Source: Octopus vulgaris
Lineage: Eukaryota
Assembly: GCA_951406725.2 (NCBI GenBank)
Contig: CATOCA020000001.1
Span: 3,162,001-3,226,000 of the forward strand
Direction: 5' to 3'
Length of the DNA stretch: 64,000 nucleotides
Below, one piece after another: positions 27,108 to 39,703 of the stretch; the stretch's first letter is position 1; every line of letters begins with the position of its first letter. A model generated the notes under the pieces. It was not told the origin of the DNA. It did no database searches and saw only the letters and a program-made list of their open reading frames with translations. The position numbers were made by a program, and so were the translations under genes.

Positions 27108-27167
27108 TAATAATAATAATAATAATAACAAGAACAACATCGAAAAATACCTTAGGAATTTCCCCAA

Positions 27168-27213
27168 AGCACCTGATGAAGGCTGCAGGGTATAACAGCC
27201 GAAACGTTGTGCT
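27168..27213 (+). ncRNA. Minimal hammerhead motif, unit 4
   Basis: As at 5701-5745. Confidence 0.75.
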
Positions 27214-29312
27214 AACAACAAACAAGATCATGCCAAATATGTAAATAAGGTAAATAGTTTTAGATAGCAGTTCCTAAAGAACCATTCTAATGGTACTAGA
27301 ATGGTGTTTGTTGATGCCATGTGTCGCAGGCTATAAGGCATGGAAAATGATGGGAATATACAAGAGATGTACAGTGACCTAAAGCGAAATCAACCATTCC
27401 CAGCCATGGACAGTTTGAAATGCCGAATGAAACGAAGAATCAAAATATTTCAGCTTAGTGATTTCATGAAGAAAGAGGAAGAAAGAAGTTGAGAGTTGTG
27501 TGAAGAAAGTAAGAGTTTAGAGTGCAACACGAGGTGATGCTGTACCACAGAACGTATAGAAACGTTGTACTCAGTTATGTTATAAGCATAACCTGGAAGA
27601 AGAGATTTGGGGTATAAAGGTGAACCGATTGATGACCTGTACATACAAGAAAGTGTTTACTTACCAAAGCCAGCGGCAGCAGGACAATTTCAATAGAGAA
27701 TGGTAAGATGTACATGGGCTTAGAGATCAGCTACATATCTATAAAAGAATGGCTATCTGAGTAAATGTGTCCGGAGGACTGGAATCACCGGACCTCCAGC
27801 GTGTGCGCAACAAGCATTTTCAATCTGGAATTAATGCAAGAAGGAAAGGAGAATATAACTGATTTGAAAGATGTATGGCCTGATGTGGCTAATGCTTATT
27901 GTTCTATACCATAGAAATGGTTGATGAAAGCAATGAACGATTAATAGGTGATTAAAGATCTGATGAGGAGCCGCTATAATGATTTCACAATGCGGTTCAT
28001 CACAGAAAATGTTACAACACACTGGCATCGTGTTGAGACAGGAATTTGAATAGCCGGAGGTTGACAATATGAGCCATTTGGTTTGAGATGGTTATGAGGA
28101 TGTTACTTATATCAGCAGAAAGGGCTCAAGTGAATTACAACAAGAAGGCATTCATGGATTACTTAATAATACTAAGGAGAGATCAGAAGGATATGCAAAT
28201 AATTCTGGTTAGACTGGATTAACTCATCATTTGGGGCAAAAGTGTGGTTTAAATCGAATAAGTAGTGCTGTGTATCGTTTGTAAATGATCAGCAGAAACA
28301 AGTGAAGTTACAAATAGCAGGAGAAATCATGCCAAAAGCTTGAAGACAATGGTACGGTAGCTTGCTGAGAGACACGTCTTGAGGTAATAGGATCAAGGCA
28401 CAAACTGTGATGCGGTTAAAAAACAACATATATAATCTTTATATATTTAAAACTGAGAATGTGTGTCTGTCTGTCTGTCTGTGTGTTTCCCTAAACTTGA
28501 GAACTACACAACCAATTTCATTCAAATTTTACATATGCCTTACTTAGGGTCCGGGGAGTGTCATGGGCCAACGAAAATGTTCAACTTCTTGCCTAGAGCG
28601 AGCCCATAGCAATATCATATCTTCTCCACTATTTCAGTATTACGTGTTAAAAGTGAAACAAAATAATTCTCTATTTTATGTCAGATGCTTTCACTTTAAC
28701 AATAAAAATAATAATAACAATTGAATTATATGTAGTAAGTAATAATTAAAATCAAACTAAATTATAATATAATCGTAACATAACAAAAGGAAAAGTCGCA
28801 ATTGGCATAAAATTGCCTCAATGATTTGAACTAGAATAAGTGGTTTCACATGAATGGGAATTAAATTAAAAATAAAATTAGCGAGCAGAAATGGAATAGT
28901 CCAGATGGATAGTAAAAAGTTAAATTAAAGGAAAGACTATTGCCTATAAAGTATAAAATGCAGAGAAATAAGAGTTAAAAATTCCAGTCTGTTATATATT
29001 TTGAGTATTGTTATCACTAGCGATATCAAGATATAACTTTGTATTTTGAATTTTATGTGTAGATGTATATTTATAGATGTAAATGTAATATGTACACAAA
29101 TATATACACATATATACATGCACTAGCACTATGACACGGCAACGATGGGTCTTTAATGCTAGTGCAAAATAAATTTGGCGCTTCCAGTTTGATTTATGTC
29201 TCTGTCTTGCTTATATATTCTTGAAAGTCAGTACTATTCCAAATATAATTCCTTTGCTGTAATAAGTAAATGAACGTTCATATATATATATATACATATA
29301 TGATACATAAAC

Positions 29313-29369
<57 letters not shown>

Positions 29370-30211
29370 ATATAAATATATATATATATATCAACATACA
29401 TATATATCTACATACATATACATATATACATTCACACACACATAAATATGTGTGTATGTGCTTGTGTGTTTGTGTGTGTACAGATAATGAGTTTCTATAC
29501 AAGAGTACAGTGTTTTGGGATACCTGATATCACTTTCTGCTCCACTTGCTTAGGAGCAAACATTGTTCACCTGAAAATAGCTGCTTATTAAGGAGGATTA
29601 ATGACATTGAAATATCTTCAAATGTTTCCAGAATCATATCCTATTCTGATGAATTGTGATGTGGGGATTTAAGATTAAAGATTACCAGCAGCAACCTTTT
29701 AAAAAGAGAGCAGGTGTATATTAATCCTACTTGATGTATTGTGACATGCGTTTATGGTTAGATGTTTGGAGACCAGCTTCATTGACATCAGAATTAGAAG
29801 AGGAGAAGAATGTTGATTAGAGAAATCTGCAGGTGATAAGACAAGGCCAAATCATTGATAGGGCTCCGACTGATGAAAGGGCAAATTAATCTAGGTGATT
29901 ATCAGTGTTTTCAAATGAAAAATTAAAGAAGGTAATGATTAGATTATATAGATGTCTTAATAGGGTTATTGTTAGATTATGTAGGATGCCATAATTGGGA
30001 TATATAGGAAGGTGAGTCTATTTAGTTGTGGACCTGGATATTGAGCGATTACATGGTATTACTGTAGAAAATATGAAAATGTCGACCCGAGCAGTACTGG
30101 TCACCAGCTGACCAGCAACGACAGGAATACCTCACAAGAATAAAATTTTGATTATTAAGAAATATAAAGATGTTTTTCTATGAAGTGTAAAATTTAGAAT
30201 TTTTAATTCAG

Positions 30212-30262
30212 AGACGCCAGCACTTGTTGACAATGAAGTTCAAACAGAAGTAGAACCAGTTG
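30212..30262 (+). CDS. 51-bp microexon copy 5: ETPALVDNEVQTEVEPV
   Basis: Intact AG/GT sites, phase 1-1. Confidence 0.8.
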
Positions 30263-30571
30263 GTGAGTATAAATCAACATTACCTTTTTGACTTCTATCA
30301 AGTTTGCCATTACCTCATCTACTTTATTAAGGAGGATACGTGAGAAGTAAATGAGATATGTAAGATGTCTTAATTGAGAGCGGAGATTTAGGAATGCCAA
30401 TCAATTTTGTGGAGGGCATAAATAATGGGCCCACTGTTGAAAGTATATAAATATTGACCGAAACCTGTGCGAACTCTTGTAGACCATTGATGGTAGGGAT
30501 CTCTCACAATAACAGAATATAGATTATTGATAATGATAAAAAGACTTTAGTGTAAATAATATTTATTTCAG

Positions 30572-30625
30572 AGAATCTAAAGCTTGAAGGGAAATAAGTG
30601 CAGACGATGGTAGCAGAGCCAGTTG
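30572..30625 (+). pseudogene. Dead paralogous microexon ENLKLEGK*VQTMVAEPV
   Basis: Acceptor tatttatttcag intact, in-frame TAA, donor mutated to G|ctaagt. Confidence 0.7.
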
Positions 30626-31427
30626 CTAAGTATAAAATAACAGCAGCCCACAAATGTCTATTTTGCCTTTGTTTCTATGGCTGCCTCATGTGTCGATAGA
30701 GAAAATGGTGAAATACGACAGAGAGTGATCTGGGAGGGAGGGTTAGTTTATAAGTTTGTGAAAGGAAGGTAGTAGAGGAAGGAGGAATGGTGGATATGGT
30801 TGGGGATGAGAAACAGTAGGGCATCATATGTGCATGTAGGTACATGAGGGAGAATGGAGGAGAATGCGACATGTGTGGGGGAGGCATTGTTGGGGGACAA
30901 ACATGCGCTTATGACCTTGATTTTATTTAGGTTGGTGGTTGTTCTCAAGCACAGAAAACTGCCAAGTGACTGTTAGGCTCAACATTTCAAGATCATTACT
31001 CACCATTTCGTCCCATTCTTCCTGGGTATTCATTAGGGAAATCTGGAGGTGAGAGAACAATGCCATATCGTAGATTGGGCTCCGATAGATGGAAGGGAAA
31101 ATTAAACTAAGAGATAATCCGTGTTATCAAGTGATAATTATATAAGATAATTATTAGATTATGTAGATATCTTAATAGAGTGATTCTTAGATTATGTGGG
31201 ATGTCTTAATAGGGAGATATATGAAGGTTAGTCTATTTAGTTGTGGGCCTGAATATTGAGCTATTACATGGTATCCCTATAGAAAGTATGAAAATGTTGA
31301 CCCAAGCCGTACGGGTCACCAGTTGACCATCAAGGACAGGAATGTCACAGAATAACAAAATTTTGATTAATAATTAAGATAAAGACATTTTTCTGTAAAG
31401 TGTAAAATTTAGAAAATTTTGTTTCAG

Positions 31428-31478
31428 TTACTTTAACGCTTGTTGACAATGAAGTCCAAACAGAGGTGGAGCCAGTTG
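31428..31478 (+). CDS. Older paralogous 51-bp microexon: VTLTLVDNEVQTEVEPV
   Basis: gtttcag|TT ACT ... GTT G|gtgagt. Synonymous differences (GTC, GAG GTG GAG) keep LVDNEVQTEVEPV while the flanking intron has diverged. Confidence 0.8.
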
Positions 31479-32007
31479 GTGAGTATAAATTACCAATACC
31501 TTATTGATTCCTATCAATTTTACCATTATCCGAGCAACTTTGTTTGACAGAATGACTGAGAACAAGTTCTTTTGCTACATTTATTTCGAATGGTTAGCTA
31601 CACATTTTTTTTTCGATTCTTGTACAACTACAGGAATATCCAAGAAATGGATTTTATAGAAAAGTGGAAGCATCAGATATTCTTCCACTCAGAAAAAAAG
31701 GCGTCTCAAGATAAGGAGAAATATGCAAAAGATAAAATATAAACCCTTAAGCGGTTCTGTCCCTTTAAGGAGAATAAATACCGTCTGTCATCTCAATTTA
31801 GTCTCTCTCGTCCTCTCCCTTTTTCGCTCTCTTCCACTCCCTTTGTATACAACAAGCAGCAGCTCCTCTCGTTCCCAGTCAAGTAACCACATCAATTTGT
31901 TTTTTAAAATATTGTTATTATTGAAATTTAATAAAATGTCCACCAAGGTTATCGCTGTTGGCAAAATGGCTAAATTAGAAAACAGAATAGAGTTAATATT
32001 GTCCTTT

Positions 32008-32225
32008 GGGAAGGTGGTGAGCTGGCAGAAACATTAGAACGCTGGGCGAAATGCTTAGCTTTACTTCATCTGTCTTTACATCCTAAGTTCAAATTCCACC
32101 GAGGTCGATTTTGCCTTCCATCCTTTCGAGGCCGATAAATTGAGTACCAGTTGCGTACTGGGGTCGATCTAATCGACTGACTCCGTCGCCAAAAGATTCT
32201 GGCCTTGTGCCTAGAGTAGAAAATG
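32008..32225 (+). mobile_element. tRNA-derived SINE
   Basis: A/B-box-like head (gagctggcagaa...gttcaaattcc) and a 12-bp TSD atattgtccttt (31996-32007, 32226-32237); same family inverted at 56031-56217. Confidence 0.8.
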
Positions 32226-34681
32226 ATATTGTCCTTTAGAATAGGAACTAAAAGGATTTTGTTGTTTAAAGGTAAACGGGTGATTTAATGACAAAGTGTT
32301 TGTTCGTTTTACATTTTTAGTAAGCTTACTGATTGATTATTGTTGTTGGTGCTTTTGCTTAACCAGATGTTATGGTGAAACTTGTTCCAATAGTGAACAG
32401 CCTGGTTTTTTTTCACTGTCATTACGTCCACTATTCAACCATTACATCTATTCAATATTGCCTTTATTCAAGTAGAAGGCTGCTTTGCAGCTCAGACAAG
32501 CTCTCTCTCTGTCTTTCTTTTTCTCTCTCTATTTCTCTCTCTCTCTTTCTCGCTCCCTTTCACTATCTGCAAGTTTCAATACAGTAAATGATATCATCCT
32601 CTCCCTTTTATCATCTGCTCTCTATGCTCCCATGTACTGGATGGGTGGTCACTGTCCATGTCATAACAGTAAACTACCCATAATGATTGCTTGAGGATTA
32701 CCTCTCAATTAACCATTCCAGCTTTTTCATGGTGGTATGCCCTTCTTATCACCAACCACTTTACAAAGGGTCCTGGGTGAATATAATTGTGGCACAAACA
32801 CTACAAGAGATTGCCATGTCCTCGGCAAGATTAAACCTCCCTCTCAACCTTACGGTGTCAATTCTCATCCAACAACCACCTCCTAGTGTGTAGAGGGAGC
32901 ATTTGATCATAGCACCAGCATTAGTGAGGTTGTGTCACATTCCAAGTTATTAGAAAGTTAGTCCTCACTACTCTATGATGTGTTTGTTCACTGATATGTT
33001 TAAGATGGGAGAAGAAGAGATTATAGAAGAATCGGAATGCAAAGACTAAAAGATACGAGACAATAAGGATAAAAAAAGTGATTCGAAGGAGCGGTGGAGG
33101 GTGACAACAGTAAATGATGGAGACTGAGTTACAACGGTGTGTGAGGTACCAGAGTGCTTAATTATTTATTAACATTCCTTGGTTGCTCACTCTCACTGTT
33201 TCTCTTGCCCTCCTCCTCTCACTGGGTAATCATGTATGTCTTCTACTATAGGACACCTGTTTCAATCCCTCTGTCACAGTCGAACCTGTCATCCTCTGAC
33301 ACACGACCACCTCCTCCTCCAATGCTCTCCCTCTCAAAGGTTTTTTGTCTTGCAAGTTCTTTGGTGACCCCTACCAGTGCTTGTGGATCCAGATCCCACT
33401 GTAAGGTTGTTGGTGTTGGGAAGAGTATCCAGCTGTAAAATCCTGCCAAATCAGACAGTGATGCCTGGTGCATTCTTCTCCCTAGCCAGCCCCTGACAAA
33501 ACGTACAAACCCTGCCAGAATGGGGAACCGACGTTCAATGATGATAGTGGTAGTGATGGTAGGTAGCGATGGATACTAATTACTTGCAAATACATCAAAG
33601 TTATACATGTTAAATTAGGAGAGAGACTGACCAAATCTCAACTGAGATAATGGATAATTACAGGTTTCTGGATTGCCATAAATACTAGTAATTACTATCA
33701 CATGGGTAATTACAGGTTTATATATTTCTGTGAATATTTTCATATATATCTGTATATTTGTAAAACACTAATTAGTATTTTAAATCAGAGCATTTAGAAT
33801 TAGCCCAGCATTAAGGAAGTGGAGTGCAGAAAGTTATTGACTATAAATTATCAATAATTATTCGTTATCTCTAAATCGGTAAAAGGCAATTTCTGTTTTG
33901 TTTATTCGAATTTTATTTACCTCATTCATTCATAGAATTGGTGTTGGGGCTAATCTAATTTTTAACATCTAACATGAGGTCAGGGAGAGAGAGAGAGAGA
34001 GAGAGAGAAGAGAAAGAGAGAGAGAGAAAGAAAGAGAGAAGGAGAAAGAGAGAGAGAGAAAGAGATCATAAATCTTAGGATTGGTCGTGTAATAGCTACT
34101 CAGGCCATATTTAGTACTCACATACATACACACACATATATATAACAATACGCAGCTGGTCACAGCCTCTGTAAAAAACACCCAGATCTAACCCGTCAAA
34201 TATTCCATTCTTTCATCTTGTTAAACATCACAGAGTTAACTTACAAAATACAGTGTTTTGTTTTGAGGGGTGGAGTGTGGTAGCAGTCGGGATGCAATAA
34301 ATTATTTCCTCATTGTACAGTATGTGGTTGTACATGTGTAGACCTTCTAGTATTAACCACAATTGAAGTGGTCAAGGTATACATAGCCAGATCATCATGG
34401 ATATCGCTCTTCAGTAACAAACTCCGCTGGTGTATATCAGTGTTTTCAGCTTGTAACCCCACTGATGTCGCTATTTCCGTGTTTATCTACAATAAATGAA
34501 ATGGAAAGTGTCTTGAAAATGGTGTGGTAGGAATGTTGTCCAATATTTTCGTTAAATTGAGAAGATTTGATTTTTTTTGTGACTCGAATTGCGTAGGAAG
34601 TTGCTGTTACAAATTAATATTACCCATTCATGTCTTTTGAAAATTTAATATAATTTTATTTCTGTTGTTATTGTTATTCAG

Positions 34682-37503
34682 ATGATCACTACATGCAGAT
34701 ACCACGTTTTGACTGTAAAAGTATTATGAAGTCGCATTCATCCAAATTCCGTCCCCTTTGCCCAGCTGTGTCCAAAATATTGCAGCTCACAGATTCCGAT
34801 AATGATTCCAAGAACTTGGTCACAGTTTCAAGAATCGTTGAAATCTGCAATGGAATAGTAACCTATTCACCAGATTTGAAGTTAATAAGTTGTGCCACAA
34901 CAGGCGGTGATTTTGATTTTCATTGTTCTTCTAATGTCACAGACATGACAAGAATTGGTGAACACACTGTTCTAGCCACAATTCCTTTCCGCAAGAAAAT
35001 AGTTTTCATTAATCCATCAAGTTTCCACATAAAATCTCTGGATTATAGTTTCTTTACAATTTCTTATTTCGAACATTCTACATTTGTAGGGACTGAAATG
35101 TTTAGTAAGACAATATATCTCATAGACTGGGATAAAAATAAATTTGAAGAAAAATTTAGTGTGCAAGAAATTGTTGGAAACATAGCAGTTGGTCCACAGT
35201 ATCATATCTTAATAGCCTTAGCTAATATAAATAGAATTAGCTGTTACACAATAGATGGCAGACACTTGTTTCAGTTGAGGACACATTCCATCGATATTCC
35301 AACCGACCTCACCGTATATCGAAATTATTCTTACGCTCTGCAAGGAAATGTAATTTACAAGATTTCAGCAAACGGTGCTGTGTCCCAAAGAGAAATTGGG
35401 ATAAAAGCTCGATATATTTGTGTGGCAACAAATAATATTTACTTGACTGACCGTTTTGGTCTTGCACATATTATTAGGACAAATAAAGATGTTTGGCCTC
35501 GGCTGTCTTACCATCACCAAGACCATGTCCCGAGCCTGATAAACCAAATCCATATTGATGACCCCTCCAACATTACAACGATTCTACCTATGTCAGCCTC
35601 TTCAGTAGTAATTATATATCGGGATCTAAAAGCTATATTAGTTACTGACGAAGGGCAACCGTTTGGTGGAAAATGTTTAACCTTTAAACTCCAGCCTTCT
35701 GTTTTCTGCAGAGTGGATTCGAACACATTTCTTGTCCTTTTTAGTGAGGACAGGTAACTTCAGTATATTACCTGTCCACAACTAACTGAAGGTGATTTAA
35801 TAGACGTCGAAAACAATTACATTCAAATGTGTCATATGGTATCAAAAAGGTGTTTGGCTCTGACCACCAATGAAGGTAAAGTGGAGGTACATATTTTATT
35901 GATTAAAAAGGATCATGTCGACATTGTAAACAGAATTTCATTGGAACATGACAATGTCGCCATTGCTGCTACTCCAATTAATTTTGTAGTTGTAGACAGA
36001 AAGAAACGTAACTTGTTATTTTATTCAAGCTTTGGTGAGGAGCTTTCCAAGAAAAACATTGAGTTCAATGGCTATCCTCATCATGTTTTCACAGACAAAT
36101 TATACTTCTATGTTATCTTCAGGAGAGAGTCTTTGATGACTTGTTACAATATAACTGGACAAAGGAAATGGCAGTTGAAACTTCCTTCAAACTTTCTCTG
36201 TCACGCTGCTGTTTTCCAAGGAACAGCTTATGTGCTGGACGATCTGCTCAGTCGGATTCTTCTTTACAAGTACCATGACTGGTCAGACTGTCATGTAACC
36301 TTTCAAAATCCTTATAATAAAAATCTAAATATTCGACTCGAAGAAAAGGAGAATGACCAAGTTCTCATTGGTGAAATATGTCATCTGGCAAATGGACAGT
36401 TGGTGTTGTCCGACATATATAATGATTGTTTGTTATACATTTCCAACGAAGGGAACATTGTGTCTAGATTATCTCTGCCGTCTACAGCTACAGATGTATG
36501 TCGATGGAATTATAATCAGATAGGCGTCACATTACCTCTAGAGAAGCAATTACGGGTCTTCGGAAACGTATCAAAGGCAGTTATAAGTGTAGCATTAAAC
36601 CAGGCTTATGTACGGGTGTGTAAGCTGGGTGAAAGTCATATTATTTGTTATTGCGATAAACCATCGCATTTAGATATTTTAAACATTAAAAATTGTAATC
36701 AAGTTAAAATAATTCATAAAATTAATATTCCTTTTGTAATGAAATAATTATCGTTAGAAAATGAAACACTAAAGCTATTGATTGTTGGTAAGAAAGCAGT
36801 ATTCTTCTACAAGATCATCAGGAAGAGGGGAAGAAGTGTTTTACCATCCGAAGTGAAAACACCCTCCAATCTCTATGGTTATGACGGTGGTCCTTATAGC
36901 ATTGAGATGATACCCAATATTTTACTGTCGCAAGGGAAAACACAATCCAATCTCTATAGTGGACGTATTGATAAAATGTGTGTTCATTTGATAGACAACA
37001 GCCGCATGTTTGCTGTAAATGAGCATGACTTGCTGGTGAAAGATCATGTCACAAGAAGCCAAATTAACATGTTCATCGATCTAGTAGATGTATTTTCTAG
37101 AAACATCAGTCTCAGTGAAATGTTGTCTTCTAGATTGTATCTACAAGATCTCACTGTTTCTGATAAAGCTCATGAAGTTGTTGTCCCTCAAAGTTTTGGA
37201 GATAGACATCCAGTGGAGATTGGTTGTTTGGTTATTACAGAAAATAACCTGGTTGCTTTATATGACAGCACAAATGAAAACATTAAGATATTAACTTTTG
37301 ATGGTCAACTTGTTGACTCTATCAAGTTAAATGTTGTCCCTAGACATATGTGTTGCTGGCGATCAAACACATTGGTTATAACGACCAATAACTATCAACT
37401 TCTGACATTAAAAGTGGAATTCCCATTGGTCTTGGCAACTTACCACACGGAAAATCGATACAATTGTATCGCTTGTCGATCCGACAATCTACTGGTGTGT
37501 AGC

Positions 37504-37574
<71 letters not shown>

Positions 37575-39532
37575 CAGTAATGTTGGTGGTGGTACCTACA
37601 TACCCGAAATTGAAAACGGCCTGTTTTATATATATATCGATGAAATACAGTCAGCTGTCCGTATTATGAGAGAAATAGACTTATTTTGGATGTGCTACAG
37701 ATATAATATCACCCATATCTCAGTTATTGCTAATGACAACATCATCGTCAATACCGAGAGGCTCATCACTATTCTGAACCCGAACGGGCAATATTTATAT
37801 TCATTTAAGCACAGTATTTATTCCCGACCCATTTCTATGGCAACCAATGATACTTATTTGTACATTACTGGACGGAAGAACATCTATGAAAACACGAAAA
37901 AGTATCGTATTGTCTCATTGTTGCAGAACGGTGAATACAAGAGAATATTCTTAAATGAAAGACATTATAAACGTCCGTTGGATTTCAACAGTATTAACTG
38001 TAAAGGCCCGAGAATTGTTGCAAACTATGACTCGTACTTATATATTGAAGGTTTGTACAAGATTAATCGGGAAAAATTCCCCCGTTTCACGGTTACAAAC
38101 AAACAATTTTCCTGTTCAAGTAAAAGATATCGATATCTCTGATGAAGGAAAGACAGCTGTGTGCGAAATGGCCAATAGTGGAAATGTTAAACTATTTGAT
38201 GAAGACGGGAAGTTGCTATGTTACAGAGATTTTGGAAGTTTTGTTGGTGGTGTATGTTTTACAGGAGAAAGAAATATCTTGGTCACAGTCCCTAACAGAC
38301 AAGAAATATTTCAACTGAAGTCACAAAACTTGGAGAAATATAAAGTTTGGGAAAGTCGAGTACCTTATGGTATAATATGGAGAAAAGTGGGAAATATTTA
38401 CTGGTGTGTACATATCAACATGATTGAATGTGATACTATAAAAATTGATGGGGACCAACTGAAGGTTCTGGAATCTATGTCGTTATCGAATATTGATTTT
38501 GGCCTTCACTTCCCTTCCATTACATCTAAGAAGAACAAGGGAATGTTCAGTAATGAATTATTTAACAAACTTAAAAACGGTGGCGATGGAGGAGAAAGAA
38601 GTACATCAAGGAAAATAGAAGTAAGACGTGGTAATTACATAGCGGAAAGTATGTTAGGAATTGATGAAATATCAGTGAGAAGACTGCCACATAGAACAGC
38701 AATGTTCCCGCTTTCATTTTCTCTATCTGGTTTACTAGATTCAAATTCGATGTTTTGTTTTCTTAATGCTTTTAAGCTAATTATGTTACAAGACAATAGT
38801 ATCGTCGTGCTCCTCTATAAATGTACTCTCATGGTCACCAGTGGAGACGGTCATCTGCTTTACAGTCAAACATTTGAAAAAGAAGCTCAAGATATATGTC
38901 AATGGACCGATGAATCATTTGTAGTCCTCTTTCGTGACGATAAACAACTGATTTTCTTCGATACAGATTTGTGTCTTTTAAAAAAGATCACAACTGAAAA
39001 ACCATACAATTTAATGTACAAAAAGAACGCCAATAATCTGGTATGTGTGTTTGAAGACGCTCCAAATGAATGTAGTAATATTCCATATGTGACATACGCA
39101 GACATACTTCACATTGGCGGTGAAATGTACGAGTATAAGGGCCGAGTGAATTTAGGGAAGGAGGGGAAGGTTGTAGCAATGGGTGTGACATCGAATGAAG
39201 ACATCGTCGTTCTTAAGTACAAGGAAGATCATTACGATGTATGTTGGTACAGAGACAATTGGGTAAGAAGTCAACAACTAATGATTCAAGGTGAGGAACC
39301 ATTTCCAAACATTTTCAACAAATCCTTGACCATCCACGGCGAAAATATTTACATATCAGATTTTAATAACAATATCCACCAAGTATCTGTAGACAGCAAA
39401 TGCGAAATCTTTCTCAGCTCTCAGGAAATTGAAGTCTGCCACATCAAGGCCATACATGTTTCGGATTATTTCATCATGATTTACGGAAATTTGGACAACC
39501 GTTTTGATGGATTATTTTATTATGAGAGATAA
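34682..39532 (+). pseudogene. Single 4.85-kb terminal exon encoding ~6 tandem NHL-like beta-propeller domains (disrupted)
   Basis: Acceptor gttattcag at 34681; phase 1 puts it in frame with ORF 34693. ORFs 34693, 35827 and 36778 share a frame and are separated by single TAA codons; +1 frameshift in a C-run at ~38078-38082. Repeated blades such as IGEICHLANGQLVLSD...ATDVCRWNYNQIGVTLP and VKDIDISDEGKTAVCE...VGGVCFTGERNILVTVP. Confidence 0.8.
37501..37578 (+). repeat. In-frame (AGT)n microsatellite encoding poly-Ser
   Basis: About 26 consecutive Ser codons inside ORF 36778-38142. Confidence 0.95.
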
Positions 39533-39703
39533 GGCCCTATATTGAATCAATATATGTTACGAGCAATTGGCATTAGCAGCCTTTTGACTATATTTCTTTA
39601 TTCGATGGGACGCTTCTGGAATAGTCACACAAAATACGTAGGTTTTAGCTTGGATCCTTGAACAAAGATAGTTACCATAATGATTCCTAATTAGTTAATT
39701 GAT

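Larger units (their letters stand above)
3620..30435 (+). repeat. Tandem segmental duplication: ~3.6-kb core unit, four full copies plus partial ends
   Basis: The anchor taatcgtaacataacaaaagg recurs at ~3673, 7299, 16193, 22309 and 28771. Units are near-identical apart from TE insertions in their microsatellites. Confidence 0.95.
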
